A stretch of DNA of 60,864 nt from Octopus bimaculoides. Its lineage: Eukaryota. Location: contig NC_068990.1 of assembly GCF_001194135.2 (NCBI RefSeq), positions 21,751,605-21,812,468 on the forward strand. The letters run 5' to 3'. The notes beneath the pieces are model-generated. The model was not told where the DNA came from. It saw only the letters and a list, made by a program, of their open reading frames with translations, and did no database searches. The translations under genes and the position numbers were made by a program. Shown here one piece after another: positions 1-13,473 of this stretch. Position 1 is the first letter of the stretch. Each line of letters starts with the position of its first letter.

Positions 1-800
1 GACCCCGAAAGGATGAAAGTCAAAATCGACCGGGACAGGATTTGAACAAAGAACGTAATGAGTCGTTAGAAATACTTTCCATCATTTTACCTGATGCAGT
101 AAGGATTCTGCCAGTTCCTAGTCTTTCAATAATAATAATTCTTTCTATTATAGGAACAAGACCAGCATTTTTGAGGGATAACGAAGTTGATTATTTCTCC
201 TCTAGGCACAAGACCTTGAAAATGTTTTGGAGAAAAGGGCTAGTCGATCACTCTGACCCCAGTGCGTAACTGGTACTTATTTCATGGACCCCGAAAGGAT
301 GAAAGTCAAGGTCGACCTCGGCGAAATTTGAACTCAAAATGCAACGGCAGACGATATACCGCTAAGCATTCCGTCCGGCGTGCTAACAATTCTGCCAGCT
401 CACCGCCTTATGACGAAGTTGTTAATATTGACTGCCAGGGTTTGACTGGTATTTATTTAATAAACCCTGATGGATAAAAGGCACAGCCGACCATGGCATC
501 ACTTGAACTCAGAACATAAAATATATTGCTGTGCATTCTGTCCGACACGCTAACGTTCTGCCAACTCACCGCATCCGTAGTAATCCTTTCTACTATAGGT
601 ACAAGGCCTGAAATTTTTTGATGGGGAGGTCTCTAGTCGATTACATCGACCCAGTGTTACACTGGTATGTAATTTATCTACCACAAAAGAACGAAAGGCA
701 AATTCGATCCCCGCGAAAGTTTAAGTCAGAACGTAAAGACGGACGAAATGCCGCTAATCATTTTGTCCGATATGCTAACGATTCTGCCAGCTCTCCACTT
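1..800 (-). mobile_element. Head-to-tail cluster of ~4 partial SINE type 1 copies (tRNA-derived head, Meta-like central domain, ATT tail)
   Basis: The motif gaccccgaaaggatgaaag..aaagtcgacc..ggcg.aatttgaactcagaacgt recurs at ~1, 288, 470 and 690. Its reverse complement has A-box-like GGCGAGCTGGCAGAA and B-box GAGTTCAAATTCC. Confidence 0.85.
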
Positions 801-1277
801 TACACCGCCGCAGTAATAATAATAATAATTAAGATGATGATTCGCTTGCTGGGAATTAATAGAAAACTTGATAACGCAAGATTATAATAGATCGATCCAA
901 GCATAGAGCTGGTATTTATACCACCTCCGTTGTCCTCTGTTTTATCCATGCCAATGCGTCTAGAACTACATAGTCGGCGAACATCTCTATCCTAAATGCT
1001 GAAAATGATTCAAGGAGATTTATAGCCTATTACTAGCAAGGTAAGCGACCGTATAGAGTTTCCCTCGGGCCACGTCTTTGGTTAAATGCCTCAAAACATC
1101 TTCTTTGCTCTTTTTTCTTTTACTCTTTCACTTGTTTCAATCATTTGACTGCGACCATGCTGGAGCACCGCCTTTTAGTCGAATAAATTGAGCCCAAGAC
1201 TTGGGCTCCCACCCCGGCATCCGAAACTCGGAGTTTTATCGTGGCTGCCGAATAAGTTAAGAGTTACATATTTTTAC

Positions 1278-1308
<31 letters not shown>

Positions 1309-2329
1309 NNNNNNNNNNNNNNNNNNNNNNNNNNNNNNNNNNNNNNNNNNNNNNNNNNNNNNNNNNNNNNNNNNNNNNNNNNNNNNNNNNNNNNNNNNNN
1401 NNNNNNNNNNNNNNNNNNNNNNNNNNNNNNNNNNNNNNNNNNNNNNNNNNNNNNNNNNNNNNNNNNNNNNNNNNNNNNNNNNNNNNNNNNNNNNNNNNNN
1501 NNNNNNNNNNNNNNNNNNNNNNNNNNNNNNNNNNNNNNNNNNNNNNNNNNNNNNNNNNNNNNNNNNNNNNNNNNNNNNNNNNNNNNNNNNNNNNNNNNAG
1601 AAATAACGTTATATATTATATTTATTTTTGTAAAATCTAAATGCATATTCATTCCCTACGAAGATAAGAATATTACATCAAATATATTATTTACATGAAA
1701 ATATCAATTCTCATTTGAGAAAATGAACTTTCACGTTCAATTTATGAGTTTTCTTCTATTTTTCTTTCAAATCTTATTTTTTCATGTTCATCGTTTTAGT
1801 TTTTAGCTAATTCAGCACCAACTTTTAGTTCTTGTGATTTTTATTTATATTTTAGTAAATATCTAAAAAAAAAAAAATCATTTATTTATTTTAGAACGAT
1901 TTTCTTTTTTTTTTTTCTTTTTTTTTTCTTACTATGTTAATCTTCTGAAGTTTTTATCTGAAATTTGAGTTCATAAAAAAGTTCTGTCCTGTAGATTTGA
2001 AATTTAGAACTGAATTAAAAAAAAAAGAAATATATTCCCACATGATATTTAGCATCTATCGAAAATGACACGTTCAGTGTATTTTTAAATATTTTCCTTA
2101 TCGAACTGTAGGTCTATATCATAAGAATATTGTATTTATGTATTGTTGCAGATAAACTTGTAGGATTCCGTTTGGAGATTTGATTTTGCTTGTTGTATAT
2201 CTAGGAAAGTAAGCGTAGCGTAGGCAATCCCTCTACATTTCATATTCTAAGCTGCTTTTCTATTCAGTATACCAAACTAATAAAATATTAACTGAGTCTT
2301 TTGTCATTTGTCTTTAACTTATTTCATTC

Positions 2330-2720
2330 ATTGCTCTGCTGTCATTTCTGCGGCACAACTTTGGACTGATTTGATCAAACATTTAGTCCCCATTATTTGT
2401 TACTTTTAAATCTGATATTTATTACCACTCTCTTTTGCCGAACGGCTACGTTAAAGGAACATAAACAAAACAACATCGACTATCAAGCGGCGGTAGGGAC
2501 AAACACAGCCATACAGACTCACACACAGGCACATACGCATACACTCATACATAAATAAACAATGGTCTTCCATACAGTTTCCGTCTACCAGATTCACTCA
2601 CAAACATATTGGTCGGTGCGGGGTTATAATAGAAGATATTTGCTCAAGTTGCCGTGACGTAGAATTCAATCTGAAACCACGCGATTGCAAAGCAAATTAC
2701 TTAACCACACAGCCATGCGA
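2330..2720 (-). mobile_element. SINE type 3 (CORE-like head, internal microsatellite, second conserved half), diverged copy
   Basis: Contains cagtttccgtctacca..ttcactcacaa and ctcttttgccgaac.gcta, shared with the copies at 20.2-21.0, 31.8-32.2 and 43.0-43.45 kb. Confidence 0.75.
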
Positions 2721-3834
2721 GCATCTTTATGATTGCATATTTAATAGAGGATTCATTAATAAAGACAGGATAATATTAACCAATGACTAATATTATTTTA
2801 ATTATTTCACCAAGTACAGGTAACAATTGTGAGCATGTTTCGATTTTATTATGACTCATCAGCAAAATCTTATAAGCTCATAAATTTCTTTAAAAAATAA
2901 TTAGATTTGTTGCTGTGAGAAAATTACGGCTATGTGGAACGGAGAAACGTGAAATGTTTTTCTCAAAAACACAACGAATTACCTGGTCTAGGAATTGAAA
3001 CCACAGCTTTACTATCATGATCGCAGCCTATAAGCTCTTGCCCACGCGCCTTCATCAAAACCAACTAAATTAAAATTAAATAAGATAAATGTGATTTACA
3101 GTTTCAAAATTAGAAACGAGAAAATTGTTTATTATAAAATAAATCATTCAATGAAGCTATCTATATGTAATATGATAGTTAAGCAGTTCTTCCCCAGAAT
3201 GTCATGCCACTTCTCTTGGATTCTGACGAGGGTAGAAGAAAAAAAAAGAAAACAAAACAAAAGAAAAAGAAGGACGTGTAAAGAGAATTCTTCCTCGTAC
3301 CTAATTTTTCTTATGCAGCTGTCGGCTTTGAACAGTTCAACAGGATAGTTCACCGGTGTTGAAGGTTAAGCGCCTTCAGCAGAGTCAAGTTTTCGAAGCT
3401 TAGACTTATGTTTGTCATGTTTGAAGACGTGTAGGGCTAGAGTTTTGCCTAGTTTCTATGGCATATAAACAATTGAGAATGCATTGCTTACCTTGAAGGT
3501 GGAGCTAGTCTGTACAAGTGTTAACTTCCCAGCAATTCATGCAACTCATTTTAGAAAATGAAGTGTTTTTGCTCCAGAATACAACGCATCGCCTTGTTCA
3601 GGAATCGTGATTGCGGTTTTACTATCGTGAATGCAACCCATTAACCCTTGGCCACATGCCTTCACCAAACAAGCTAAATTAAAATTACATAAAATAAGAT
3701 AAATTTGTTTTGCAGTTCGTTAATTGGAAAGAAGAAAATTAACGCAAAATATAACAAACATAGAAAGAAGATCAAGAAAATAAAATCACAAAAACAATAG
3801 CTAAACAGAATAAACGACTGAGAGGCTTGCCTTG

Positions 3835-4110
3835 CAAATTCATGGTGCCGTGTTCGGTCCCCTTGCATGGCATCGTGAGCATTTGTCTTCTATTATAACC
3901 CCGGGCCGACCAAAGCCTTGCGAATGGATGTGGTAGACGGAAACTGAAAGGGGCCCGTCGTATATATAATACGTAGACAGTGTGTGTCTATTTGTTTGTA
4001 TTTCCCTCACACGCCGTTTCACAAACGGTGTTGTGTTGCTTTCGTCCTCGGAAGTTAGTCGCTTGGTAAAAACAAACCAATTGAATAAATACCGGGTTTA
4101 AAAAAAAATT
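3835..4110 (+). mobile_element. SINE type 3, diverged copy
   Basis: gtcttctattataaccccgggccgaccaaagccttg..tggtagacggaaactgaaag...cccgtcgtatatat, followed by a degenerate second half. Confidence 0.75.
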
Positions 4111-5069
4111 ATTTATTTTAGTCTCTTTGCTGAGGCATTGCCTTGAAGGATGTAGCCGAACAAGTCACCTCAGTACATACTTCTTGAAGCCTGGTATTTA
4201 GTTTATCAGCCTCTTTTGCGTAATAGCAGTGTAATGGGGAAGTAAACAAAACAACACCGGTTGTCGAACAGTTGTGGGAACAAATACAAACACACACCCA
4301 TAGGCTATAGGCATGCATACACACTCACACACGTTCATATATATATATATATANNNNNNNNNNNNNNNNNNNNNNNNNNNNNNNNNNNNNNNNNNNNNNN
4401 NNNNNNNNNNNNNNNNNNNNNNNNNNNNNNNNNNNNNNNNNNNNNNNNNNNNNNNNNNNNNNNNNNNNNNNNNNNNNNNNNNNNNNNNNNNNNNNNNNNN
4501 NNNNNNNNNNNNNNNNNNNNNNNNNNNNNNNNNNNNNNNNNNNNNNNNNNNNNNNNNNNNNNNNNNNNNNNNNNNNNNNNNNNNNNNNNNNNNNNNNNNN
4601 NNNNNNNNNNNNNNNNNNNNNNNNNNNNNNNNNNNNNNNNNNNNNNNNNNNNNNNNNNNNNNNNNNNNNNNNNNNNNNNNNNNNNNNNNNNNNNNNNNNN
4701 NNNNNNNNNNNNNNNNNNNNNNNNNNNNNNNNNNNNNNNNNNNNNNNNNNNNNNNNNNNNNNNNNNNNNNNNNNNNNNNNNNNNNNNNNNNNNNNNNNNN
4801 NNNNNNNNNNNNNNNNNNNNNNNNNNNNNNNNNNNNNNNNNNNNNNNNNNNNNNNNNNNNNNNNTGAAAAACTATTTCTTATTAGAACTGCCAAATGTTG
4901 TTTTAGTAGTTTCTTCCTTCAAGTACACCGTTTTAAAATTTGATAAAATCCAGAGTGTAAAGACACAACAATTTAATATAATAATTTTTTCCCGATAGTT
5001 GAAATAATTTTACGAAAATAGTGTTTATTATCTATTTATTTATTTGCAGAAACATATACATACATGTAA

Positions 5070-5102
<33 letters not shown>

Positions 5103-5602
5103 TGTATGTATGTATGTATGTATGTATATATGTATGTATGTGTCAGTGTATTCATATACAGGTTTGTGGAGCATGCGCAAATTTTCTAGCATATATAAAA
5201 TCAAATATATTTAATTAATAAACTTGGAAGATAAATAGTAGAAAAAAATAAGATGGGTACGGAATCTGTAGTGGTTGATTTTGGAGTGTACTTATTTCTT
5301 TCATATTATAACATTAAAAAAAAAAGCGCAGGATTCTAGAATTCCCTGAAGAATTAGAGATGTTTTCGTCGCAGAGAATGGTCAACAATGCAGTTCTATG
5401 GAGAATATCAAGTCGCAAGTGAAAATGATTTCAATGTTTGCCTAGATCATTTTATACATATACAAATATGCATATGTATATGTGTATGCTTAAATATATG
5501 TATATGTATACGTACGTGTTTGTATGTGAATATATATGCATATATATGCATATATAAACATATGTATGTACACACGTTCAGATATATACATATATATGTA
5601 TG

Positions 5603-5647
<45 letters not shown>

Positions 5648-5961
5648 NNNNNNNNNNNNNNNNNNNNNNNNNNNNNNNNNNNNNNNNNNNNNNNNNNNNN
5701 NNNNNNNNNNNNNNNNNNNNNNNNNNNNNNNNNNNNNNNNNNNNNNNNNNNNNNNNNNNNNNNNNNNNNNNNNNNNNNNNNNNNNNNNNNNNNNNNNNNN
5801 NNNNNNNNNNNNNNNNNNNNNNNNNNNNNNNNNNNNNNNNNNNNNNNNNNNNNNNNNNNNNNNNNNNNNNNNNNNNNNNNNNNNNNNNNNNNNNNNNNNN
5901 NNNNNNNNNNNNNNNNNNNNNNNNNNNNGTGTATAAATATATATATACATTTGAATATATA

Positions 5962-7200
5962 CACAGACGTGCAGGAAGTAAATAGACACCTTTAATTTTC
6001 AAAATCTTTTATTTAGTACGCAAAGTGAACAATTGAAATGTAATCGGGAGGTAGCAGTACATTCTTTAGCATTTTGTTAACATTGACTTTGTAGCTTTTA
6101 ATTCAGAAACTCTTTTTGGCATTGAACTGATGAACTTTGTGATTGTCCACTTTTAACGCAACAATCGAAACAATTCATCTTTAGATTTAGGTTTCTGTCA
6201 AGTTTTTCGTACAGCTCTATCTAGTATGCACCTAAAAATTTTAATTGGGTTCATGTTACGAGACTGGCTCGGTCAAGGAAGCTTTTTGATTCCATTTTCA
6301 GTCAGCCATTGGGAATTCCGTTTCGTTGTGTGGCATGGAACCCTATCTACCATGAATAAAAAGTCATTTTTCGTTATGTTATCGTGTGAATACATCGGAA
6401 GTAGTCCTTACTTAAGTATTTCGATGTATTTTTCAGAGTTTATGGTTCCAACACATTCGCTCAGCTCACAACGACCATTGCTGGTGACAGCTCCCCTTAC
6501 CATTACAGATATACCGCCATGTTTCACAGTTAGTTGGAGTCGTTTCAACTCAAATTCTTGATTTGGAAACCTCCAGACCCAAACATGTCCACTGTCTGAA
6601 AGCAATGCAAATCTGGATTCATTTGAAAACATCACTCTATCCCAAAATGAACAGGATTTTTCTGACATCTCCTTAGCCCATTTCCTTCTTTGCATGATAT
6701 TAATTGGTTGAAGAAGCTTTCTTCTAGCTGCTTGTCCACAATAGCCAAGCTTATGCAGATATGTAACACACGTTCTTGGACTAACATCTAGCAGTTTTAC
6801 TATGTCAGAATCCTTCGAACGGGGTTCGTTTCCCACAATTCTCTTCAAACAGCGAAGCTTCTTTTCCGAGGGTCCAAGTTGGCCGAGACGAGAATCTCTT
6901 GATTCTTTTCCTTAGCTTTTGAATTGCAGTATAATTCTATTAACAATGGCAACAGGAATTTGAAGATTTTCGGCACTTTTCGCTGGCTGAGACCAGCCTC
7001 AGATTGTTCAACAATACGATCTCTTTGAAAATCTAACAGTTCTGCTGAATTTTTTGTGCGTGGCATGGTTATTCTCCATAAATGTGTAATATAATGGCAC
7101 CTGGAATGAAAATGAATAATTACATTGTAAATTCTACACCGCTGAAAACATATTAAGACGCTTAGATCAGAAATTTTGAAAATGAAAGGTGTCTATTTAC
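5962..7200 (-). mobile_element. Tc1-family DNA transposon, near full length, inactive
   Basis: Inverted repeats 5978-6004 (gtaaatagacacctttaattttcaaaa) and ~7174-7200 match at 26/27 nt. The left end is preceded by TA, the right end runs into an N gap, and the interior is a decayed transposase. Confidence 0.9.
6050..7066 (-). pseudogene. Tc1-like DDE transposase pseudogene
   Basis: Frameshifted pieces: HTH MPRTKNSAELLDFQRDRIV..AGLSQRK; AARRKLL..WDRVMFSNESRF; TVKHGGISVMVRG..GTINSEKYIEIL; FMVDRVPCH (cf. FQQDNAPCH); *PSQSRNMNPIKNF (cf. WPSQSPDLNPIEN). It carries stops and altered catalytic residues. Confidence 0.9.
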
Positions 7201-8017
7201 NNNNNNNNNNNNNNNNNNNNNNNNNNNNNNNNNNNNNNNNNNNNNNNNNNNNNNNNNNNNNNNNNNNNNNNNNNNNNNNNNNNNNNNNNNNNNNNNNNNN
7301 NNNNNNNNNNNNNNNNNNNNNNNNNNNNNNNNNNNNNNNNNNNNNNNNNNNNNNNNNNNNNNNNNNNNNNNNNNNNNNNNNNNNNNNNNNNNNNNNNNNN
7401 NNNNNNNNNNNNNNNNNNNNNNNNNNNNNNNNNNNNNNNNNNNNNNNNNNNNNNNNNNNNNNNNNNNNNNNNNNNNNNNNNNNNNNNNNNNNNNNNNNNN
7501 NNNNNNNNNNNNNNNNNNNNNNNNNNNNNNNNNNNNNNNNNNNNNNNNNNNNNNNNNNNNNNNNNNNNNNNNNNNNNNNNNNNNNNNNNNNNNNNNNNNN
7601 NNNNNNNNNNNNNNNNAAGCATTCATTCTCTGACGTACGTATCAATCAGAGCAACGCATTACAGCAGCTTTGTTTTTGTTTTTTTTTTCCTTTTTTCATT
7701 TCAACACCAAGCATTATTGTAACAAGAGAACCCTTAGTAAATCTGAAGTAATATTGTCTTCAGTTCTGTAAGCAGAAATTATTTCTTATATCATTGTGGG
7801 GAAACAGCACAGATATTATATCTATGATTCTATGACAGTATTTGCTTAATAACACATAGCAAAATAAATAAAAACAAAATACAGACAGTAATAATGCTTT
7901 ACGATATAAAGTTTATCTGCTGGAAAAAGTAAATACATATCGTGTGCGAAAAATATGATTTATCATCAAGTGGAAAATGTTATGCTACTGTTAGTACAAA
8001 TACTGTCGGGATACGTA

Positions 8018-8057
<40 letters not shown>

Positions 8058-9064
8058 NNNNNNNNNNNNNNNNNNNNNNNNNNNNNNNNNNNNNNNNNNN
8101 NNNNNNNNNNNNNNNNNNNNNNNNNNNNNNNNNNNNNNNNNNNNNNNNNNNNNNNNNNNNNNNNNNNNNNNNNNNNNNNNNNNNNNNNNNNNNNNNNNNN
8201 NNNNNNNNNNNNNNNNNNNNNNNNNNNNNNNNNNNNNNNNNNNNNNNNNNNNNNNNNNNNNNNNNNNNNNNNNNNNNNNNNNNNNNNNNNNNNNNNNNNN
8301 NNNNNNNNNNNNNNNNNNNNNNNNNNNNNNNNNNNNNNNNNNNNNNNNNNNNNNNNNNNNNNNNNNNNNNNNNNNNNNNNNNNNNNNNNNNNNNNNNNNN
8401 NNNNNNNNNNNNNNNNNNNNNNNNNNNNNNNNNNNNNNNNNNNNNNNNNNNNNNNNNNNNNNNNNNNNNNNNNNNNNNNNNNNNNNNNNNNNNNNNNNNN
8501 NNNNNNNNNNNNNNNNNNNNNNNNNNNNNNNNNNNNNNNNNNNNNNNNNNNNNNNNNNNNNNNNNNNNNNNNNNNNNNNNNNNNNNNNNNNNNNNNNNNN
8601 NNNNNNNNNNNNNNNNNNNNNNNNNNNNNNNNNNNNNNNNNNNNNNNNNNNNNNNNNNNNNNNNNNNNNNNNNNNNNNNNNNNNNNNNNNNNNNNNNNNN
8701 NNNNNNNNNNNNNNNNNNNNNNNNNNNNNNNNNNNNNNNNNNNNNNNNNNNNNNNNNNNNNNNNNNNNNNNNNNNNNNNNNNNNNNNNNNNNNNNNNNNN
8801 NNNNNNNNNNNNNNNNNNNNNNNNNNNNNNNNNNNNNNNNNNNNNNNNNNNNNNNNNNNNNNNNNNNNNNNNNNNNNNNNNNNNNNNNNNNNNNNNNNNN
8901 NNNNNNNNNNNNNNNNNNNNNNNNNNNNNNNNNNNNNNNNNNNNNNNNNNNNNNNNNNNNNNNNNNNNNNNNNNNNNNNNNNNNNNNNNNNNNNNNNNNN
9001 ATATATGTATATATATATATATATAATTTATTCCTACTATAGGCTTATTCTTGAAATTTTCAGG

Positions 9065-10545
9065 GAGCTGCCTAGTCGATTATATCGATCCCAGTGTTAG
9101 GCTGTTATCGACTTCGTAAAAATGATTGGCAATGTTAATCTCGACAGAATTTGAACTCAAAAGGTGAAGAACCGGAGAAAATGTCGCCAAGTACGTCGCC
9201 CGACGTACTAAAAATTCTGTTACCTCACCTCAGATTATAAAATGTAATATACCTCAATGATATTGTACAGTGTATTATTTATGGATTAGCATCATTCAAA
9301 AGTTAAGCGCCTGAAGCTTAGAGGCATTTCGTCCGTCTTTACGTTCTGATCTCAAATTCGCCCGGGACCGACTTTGCCTTTCATTCTTTCGAGATCGATA
9401 AACTTAATGCCAGTGAAGTACTGGAGTCGACGTAATTAATTTGCCACTTCTTTCAAAAAATGCTGGCCTGTGCCAAATTTTGAAACCATTACTCATAAGC
9501 TATCGAATAGAAAGTTATGGAAGGAAAACGAAACAGTTTAGGGAAATAACGTTTAAACATTTATCAGATCGTAATTACAAACAATTGTGAAATAACTTTA
9601 AATTTCTTATAACTTATAGATATACATTTCTAAGCAAAACATTCAAATATAATAAATCGTGCCTCCATTTTTTCTTCTTATAGGAAGACAAAATGCTATA
9701 GCACGTGACTTTTCCCGAGATTAGAAACCGAATATATACATTGTAAAGCCAAGATGGTTGACAAATATAATTTATATACTTGGGAATATAGATAAAAAAT
9801 GAGTAGCAAATATAATAGTTATTAAAGCATCTCTGATGTTAACGTATGTTAAGCGTGCTTGCCTAAAGGAAACAAAATGTCAATTTTGGCGCCTAAAATT
9901 ACCTGCAGGACACTCCAGAATTTTCTTAGGCAAGCATGAAATAAGGACCCGAGCTGCAGTTGTTTAGACAGAATTTATCTTATTTCAGCTAGGAACTATG
10001 AGTGGTTTCAGTTTCACTTTTCATCCCCGAACTTCTTCAATGAAAACTTTTCCTGTCACCGTTAATAAGTCTTTCCTATTTTGGCACAAGGCCTGAAATT
10101 TTGAGGCGGGTGGCGAAGATTATTACATCAATCCCAGTTCTTAACTGGTATATACAAGGCCCAAAATTTTGGGGGAGGGGGCCAGTCTATTAGATCAATC
10201 CAGTACAGAACTGGTACTTAATTTATCGACCCCGAAAGGATGAAAGGCAAAGAATACCTCGGCAGAATTTGAACTCAGTACGTAAAGAGAGGCGAAATAC
10301 CGCTAAGCATTTCGCCTGACGGGCTAACGTTTCTGCCAGCTCACCGCCATACACTTCTCTTAATATTGCAAGCGTTCTGCCAAAATTACAAATACTTATT
10401 TTGACTATTAAGTTGGCGTATTAAGGTGATGAGCTGGCAGAATCTTTACCGTGTCCGGATAAAATACTTAACATCATATCCTCTGGCTCTACGTTCTAAG
10501 TTCAAATGCTGTCAAGGTCGACTTTGCCTTTTATCCGTTTCAGGA
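9065..10545. mobile_element. Dispersed SINE type 1 copies (~9065-9235 minus, ~9290-9485 plus, ~10065-10350 minus, ~10420-10545 plus)
   Basis: Same SINE-1 motifs (gactttgcctttcat, aactggtacttaatttatcgaccccgaaagg) in both orientations. Confidence 0.75.
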
Positions 10546-10975
10546 GCACTGGGTGTTCACTTGGTCCCACCTCCAAAATATCAGACATTGTACCTACAGT
10601 AGAAAAGGTTATTTCCAAAAAGAATGCCGTAGCCGATTACATGAACACCATGTACTTCGCAGTTCCCTACTTTTATTGAGCTCGAAAGGACGAAACACAG
10701 GCTGGCGACGACGAAATTTGAATTCTCTACGTAAAAGCCCAGAACTGTGTTCCACAAGTATGGAATTTGGCCGAAACGAGTCTACCAATTGGTTTATTTA
10801 CAATATTATATGTTCATGATGGTTAGAACACGAGCTTAGATTTCTATGCTACTTCATTACATATAATTTCAGGAAACCATATAACGTCAATTCAAACATC
10901 TATAATACGTATCAATCAAGATTGAAATATACCAATTTTCTATCTATATAGATAGATTGTATATAACTATAGCTA

Positions 10976-11074
<99 letters not shown>

Positions 11075-11164
11075 AAACACACACATATATACATATATAT
11101 GTATACATACACACATACACACATATATATATATATACATATCTATACAGTTATATATACATAC

Positions 11165-11217
<53 letters not shown>

Positions 11218-11272
11218 TGTATAATCTATTCCATTTCGATATTAATCATGTAGTTTGCGGTAGAATACATAC

Positions 11273-11307
<35 letters not shown>

Positions 11308-11949
11308 CATATATAAAAGATTTTTAAAGAAAGATAAAAAAGATTAAAAAAAAGATAAAAAAAAGATTAAAAAAAAAGATTAAAAAAAGATTTTTAAAAA
11401 AATAGTATATATATAAAATTAAAATTATTCATATATACATATTTACAGACATTCACACATATATACACACCCACACATACATATATATATATACATATTT
11501 ACAGACATTTTGTTGGATGGTCGTTGACTGTTCAGGAGTTCATCCGCCCTTTGACAGGTCTTATTTTTTGTCCTGCAGGGTGTCCAACAACACCCTCCTC
11601 ACCAAGCAAGCCTGGTGGGGTTGCCAGTTTAGCCGCCGACGACCCGACCATGCAACAGGTTGTACTGGATTACATGTTACCAGTAGCACTGAAGTGAATC
11701 TAACGGTTTTTGTGTGTTTCTTAAATGGCTTATAAACACCTTCCACGCTGCAATTATATNNNNNNNNNNNNNNNNNNNNNNNNNNNNNNNNNNNNNNNNN
11801 NNNNNNNNNNNNNNNNNNNNNNNNNNNNNNTATATATATATATATATATTGCAGCGTGGAAGGTGTTTATAAGCCATTTAAGAAACACACAAAAACCGTT
11901 AGATTCACTTCAATATTTAAATTTAATTTGCCAAAATATTTTCTTCAAA

Positions 11950-12194
11950 TCTTCAAATCTTTCTTAAGATCCTTGCAGAATGCAAGATTCCACTTTTATG
12001 CAGGTCGACAGAGCGAGTTTCAATTCCAATAACTGTCAGTGTTTGGAATAGGATTATCGGTCGTGTGCCAAGTGCACCAAGTATCGCAAGAATAATTGTT
12101 TTGGCCTATCATACTCTCTTCAGCTTGCTGGTTAGATCTTGATTCTTCTCAACATTTTCCATTTCTTTAGCATCGACTCGGTTATCATAGGGAT
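11950..12194 (-). mobile_element. R4/Dong-clade non-LTR retrotransposon 3' relic (copy B)
   Basis: Minus-strand translation PYDNRVDAKEMENVEKNQDLTSKLKRV / ILGALGT / ILHSARILRK matches the C-terminus of R4-clade RLE proteins (KEIEKIEKYQDL..IGALG..SARILRKVL). Confidence 0.75.
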
Positions 12195-12207
12195 GATTAT
12201 TATTATT

Positions 12208-13130
12208 TAAGATTCGCTCAGTATACAATATCATGATGTTATTGATTGAAGATATTGTGTGTACCGGAGGTTTGTACTGTTTGTCAGGTCGCAACAAGGA
12301 CCTCAGACAGACAGTACTTTACGCAATATAGGTGCAGTTCCAGGTAAAGCCGATTTGTGAAATACACCTAGATTGTAGGGTATTTCGAAAGTTTCCAGAT
12401 GACTTTTCAGGTTGGATGTTATTGAACCAAATGCTCCGATAACAATAGAGACAAGCTTTATGATTGACTCTGCAGCTGCTACATCTTAGCGATTTCAATT
12501 CTCAGGTCTCCATATTCATCAAACTTTTATCTTTCAATCTTTTCTCATTCATGATAAGATGTTGATCTCCTAGCACTGTCACGTCGATTATTAAGCACTC
12601 TTGTTTGTCCCTCCTAAAGGTTACTATATCCGGCTTTCGGTGCTCTAAAACCTTGTTTGTCTGGGTGTCAAAGTCATAGATGACTTTTGCTTTCCCCTTT
12701 TCGTCCATTATATTTTCCGGTGTATGTTCAAACCAAGCACCAGTTACCTCGTATCTATACTTCCGGTCTAGTAGCCAGTGAAGGTTTTGGGCTACCTTGT
12801 CGTGTCTGCGCTGGTAAACTTTCTGCACAAGACTTTCACAAGCACTAACAATGTGAGTCACACTTTCGACCCTCTCCCCACACATTCTGCAGAGATTCTT
12901 TGCACTTGCGTGGTATATATATACATTTTCACTGAGCCGGATTCTGAGCAGCGATGGTCTGGCTTCCCGTCTACTTTTTTTTAGGTAACGTTTGATGTGC
13001 AACCTCTATGGTGCTTCCTGGTGTTTTAATTTGTTAATTTCACGGTACAACTGACCTTGTAATTCCATGCTGTGTGGGGTTACTTCTCTCTCGTTGGCTA
13101 TTCGTGATCGGAATTAATGAGCTCTCTCTC
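12208..13130 (-). mobile_element. R4/Dong-clade non-LTR retrotransposon, 5'-truncated (copy A): CCHC knuckle, RLE nuclease, 3'UTR, short TAA tail
   Basis: ORF 12502-13002 has CRMCGERVESVTHIVSAC, RRHDKVA and HRKPDIV..CLIIDV. After a frameshift it reads IVIGAFGSI..TAPILRKVLSV* (stop ~12303). There is (TAA)4 at ~12196-12207, and the 5' junction abuts (TAA)n at ~13135. Confidence 0.9.
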
Positions 13131-13152
13131 TCTATTATTATTATTATCATCA

Positions 13153-13208
<56 letters not shown>

Positions 13209-13210
<2 letters not shown>

Positions 13211-13422
13211 GGCGACGAGTTGGCAAAATTGTTAGCCTGCCACGGAAAATGCGTAGCGGCATTTCGTCCGTCGCTACGTTCTGAGTTCAAATTCCGTCGA
13301 GGTCGGCTTTGCTTTTCATCCTTTCGGGGTCGATAAATTAAGTACCAGTCGGGTACTGGGGTCGATGTAATCGGCTACTCCTCTCCCCCAAAATTTCAGG
13401 TCTTGTGCGTATAGTAGAAAGG

Positions 13423-13430
<8 letters not shown>
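13209..13430 (+). mobile_element. Full-length SINE type 1 inside an (ATT)n array
   Basis: aaggcgacgagttggcaaa..gagttcaaattcc..gcttttcatcctttcggggtcgataaattaagtaccag..tagtagaaaggattattatt, with (ATT)n on both sides. Confidence 0.9.
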
Positions 13431-13472
<42 letters not shown>

Positions 13473-13473
<1 letters not shown>

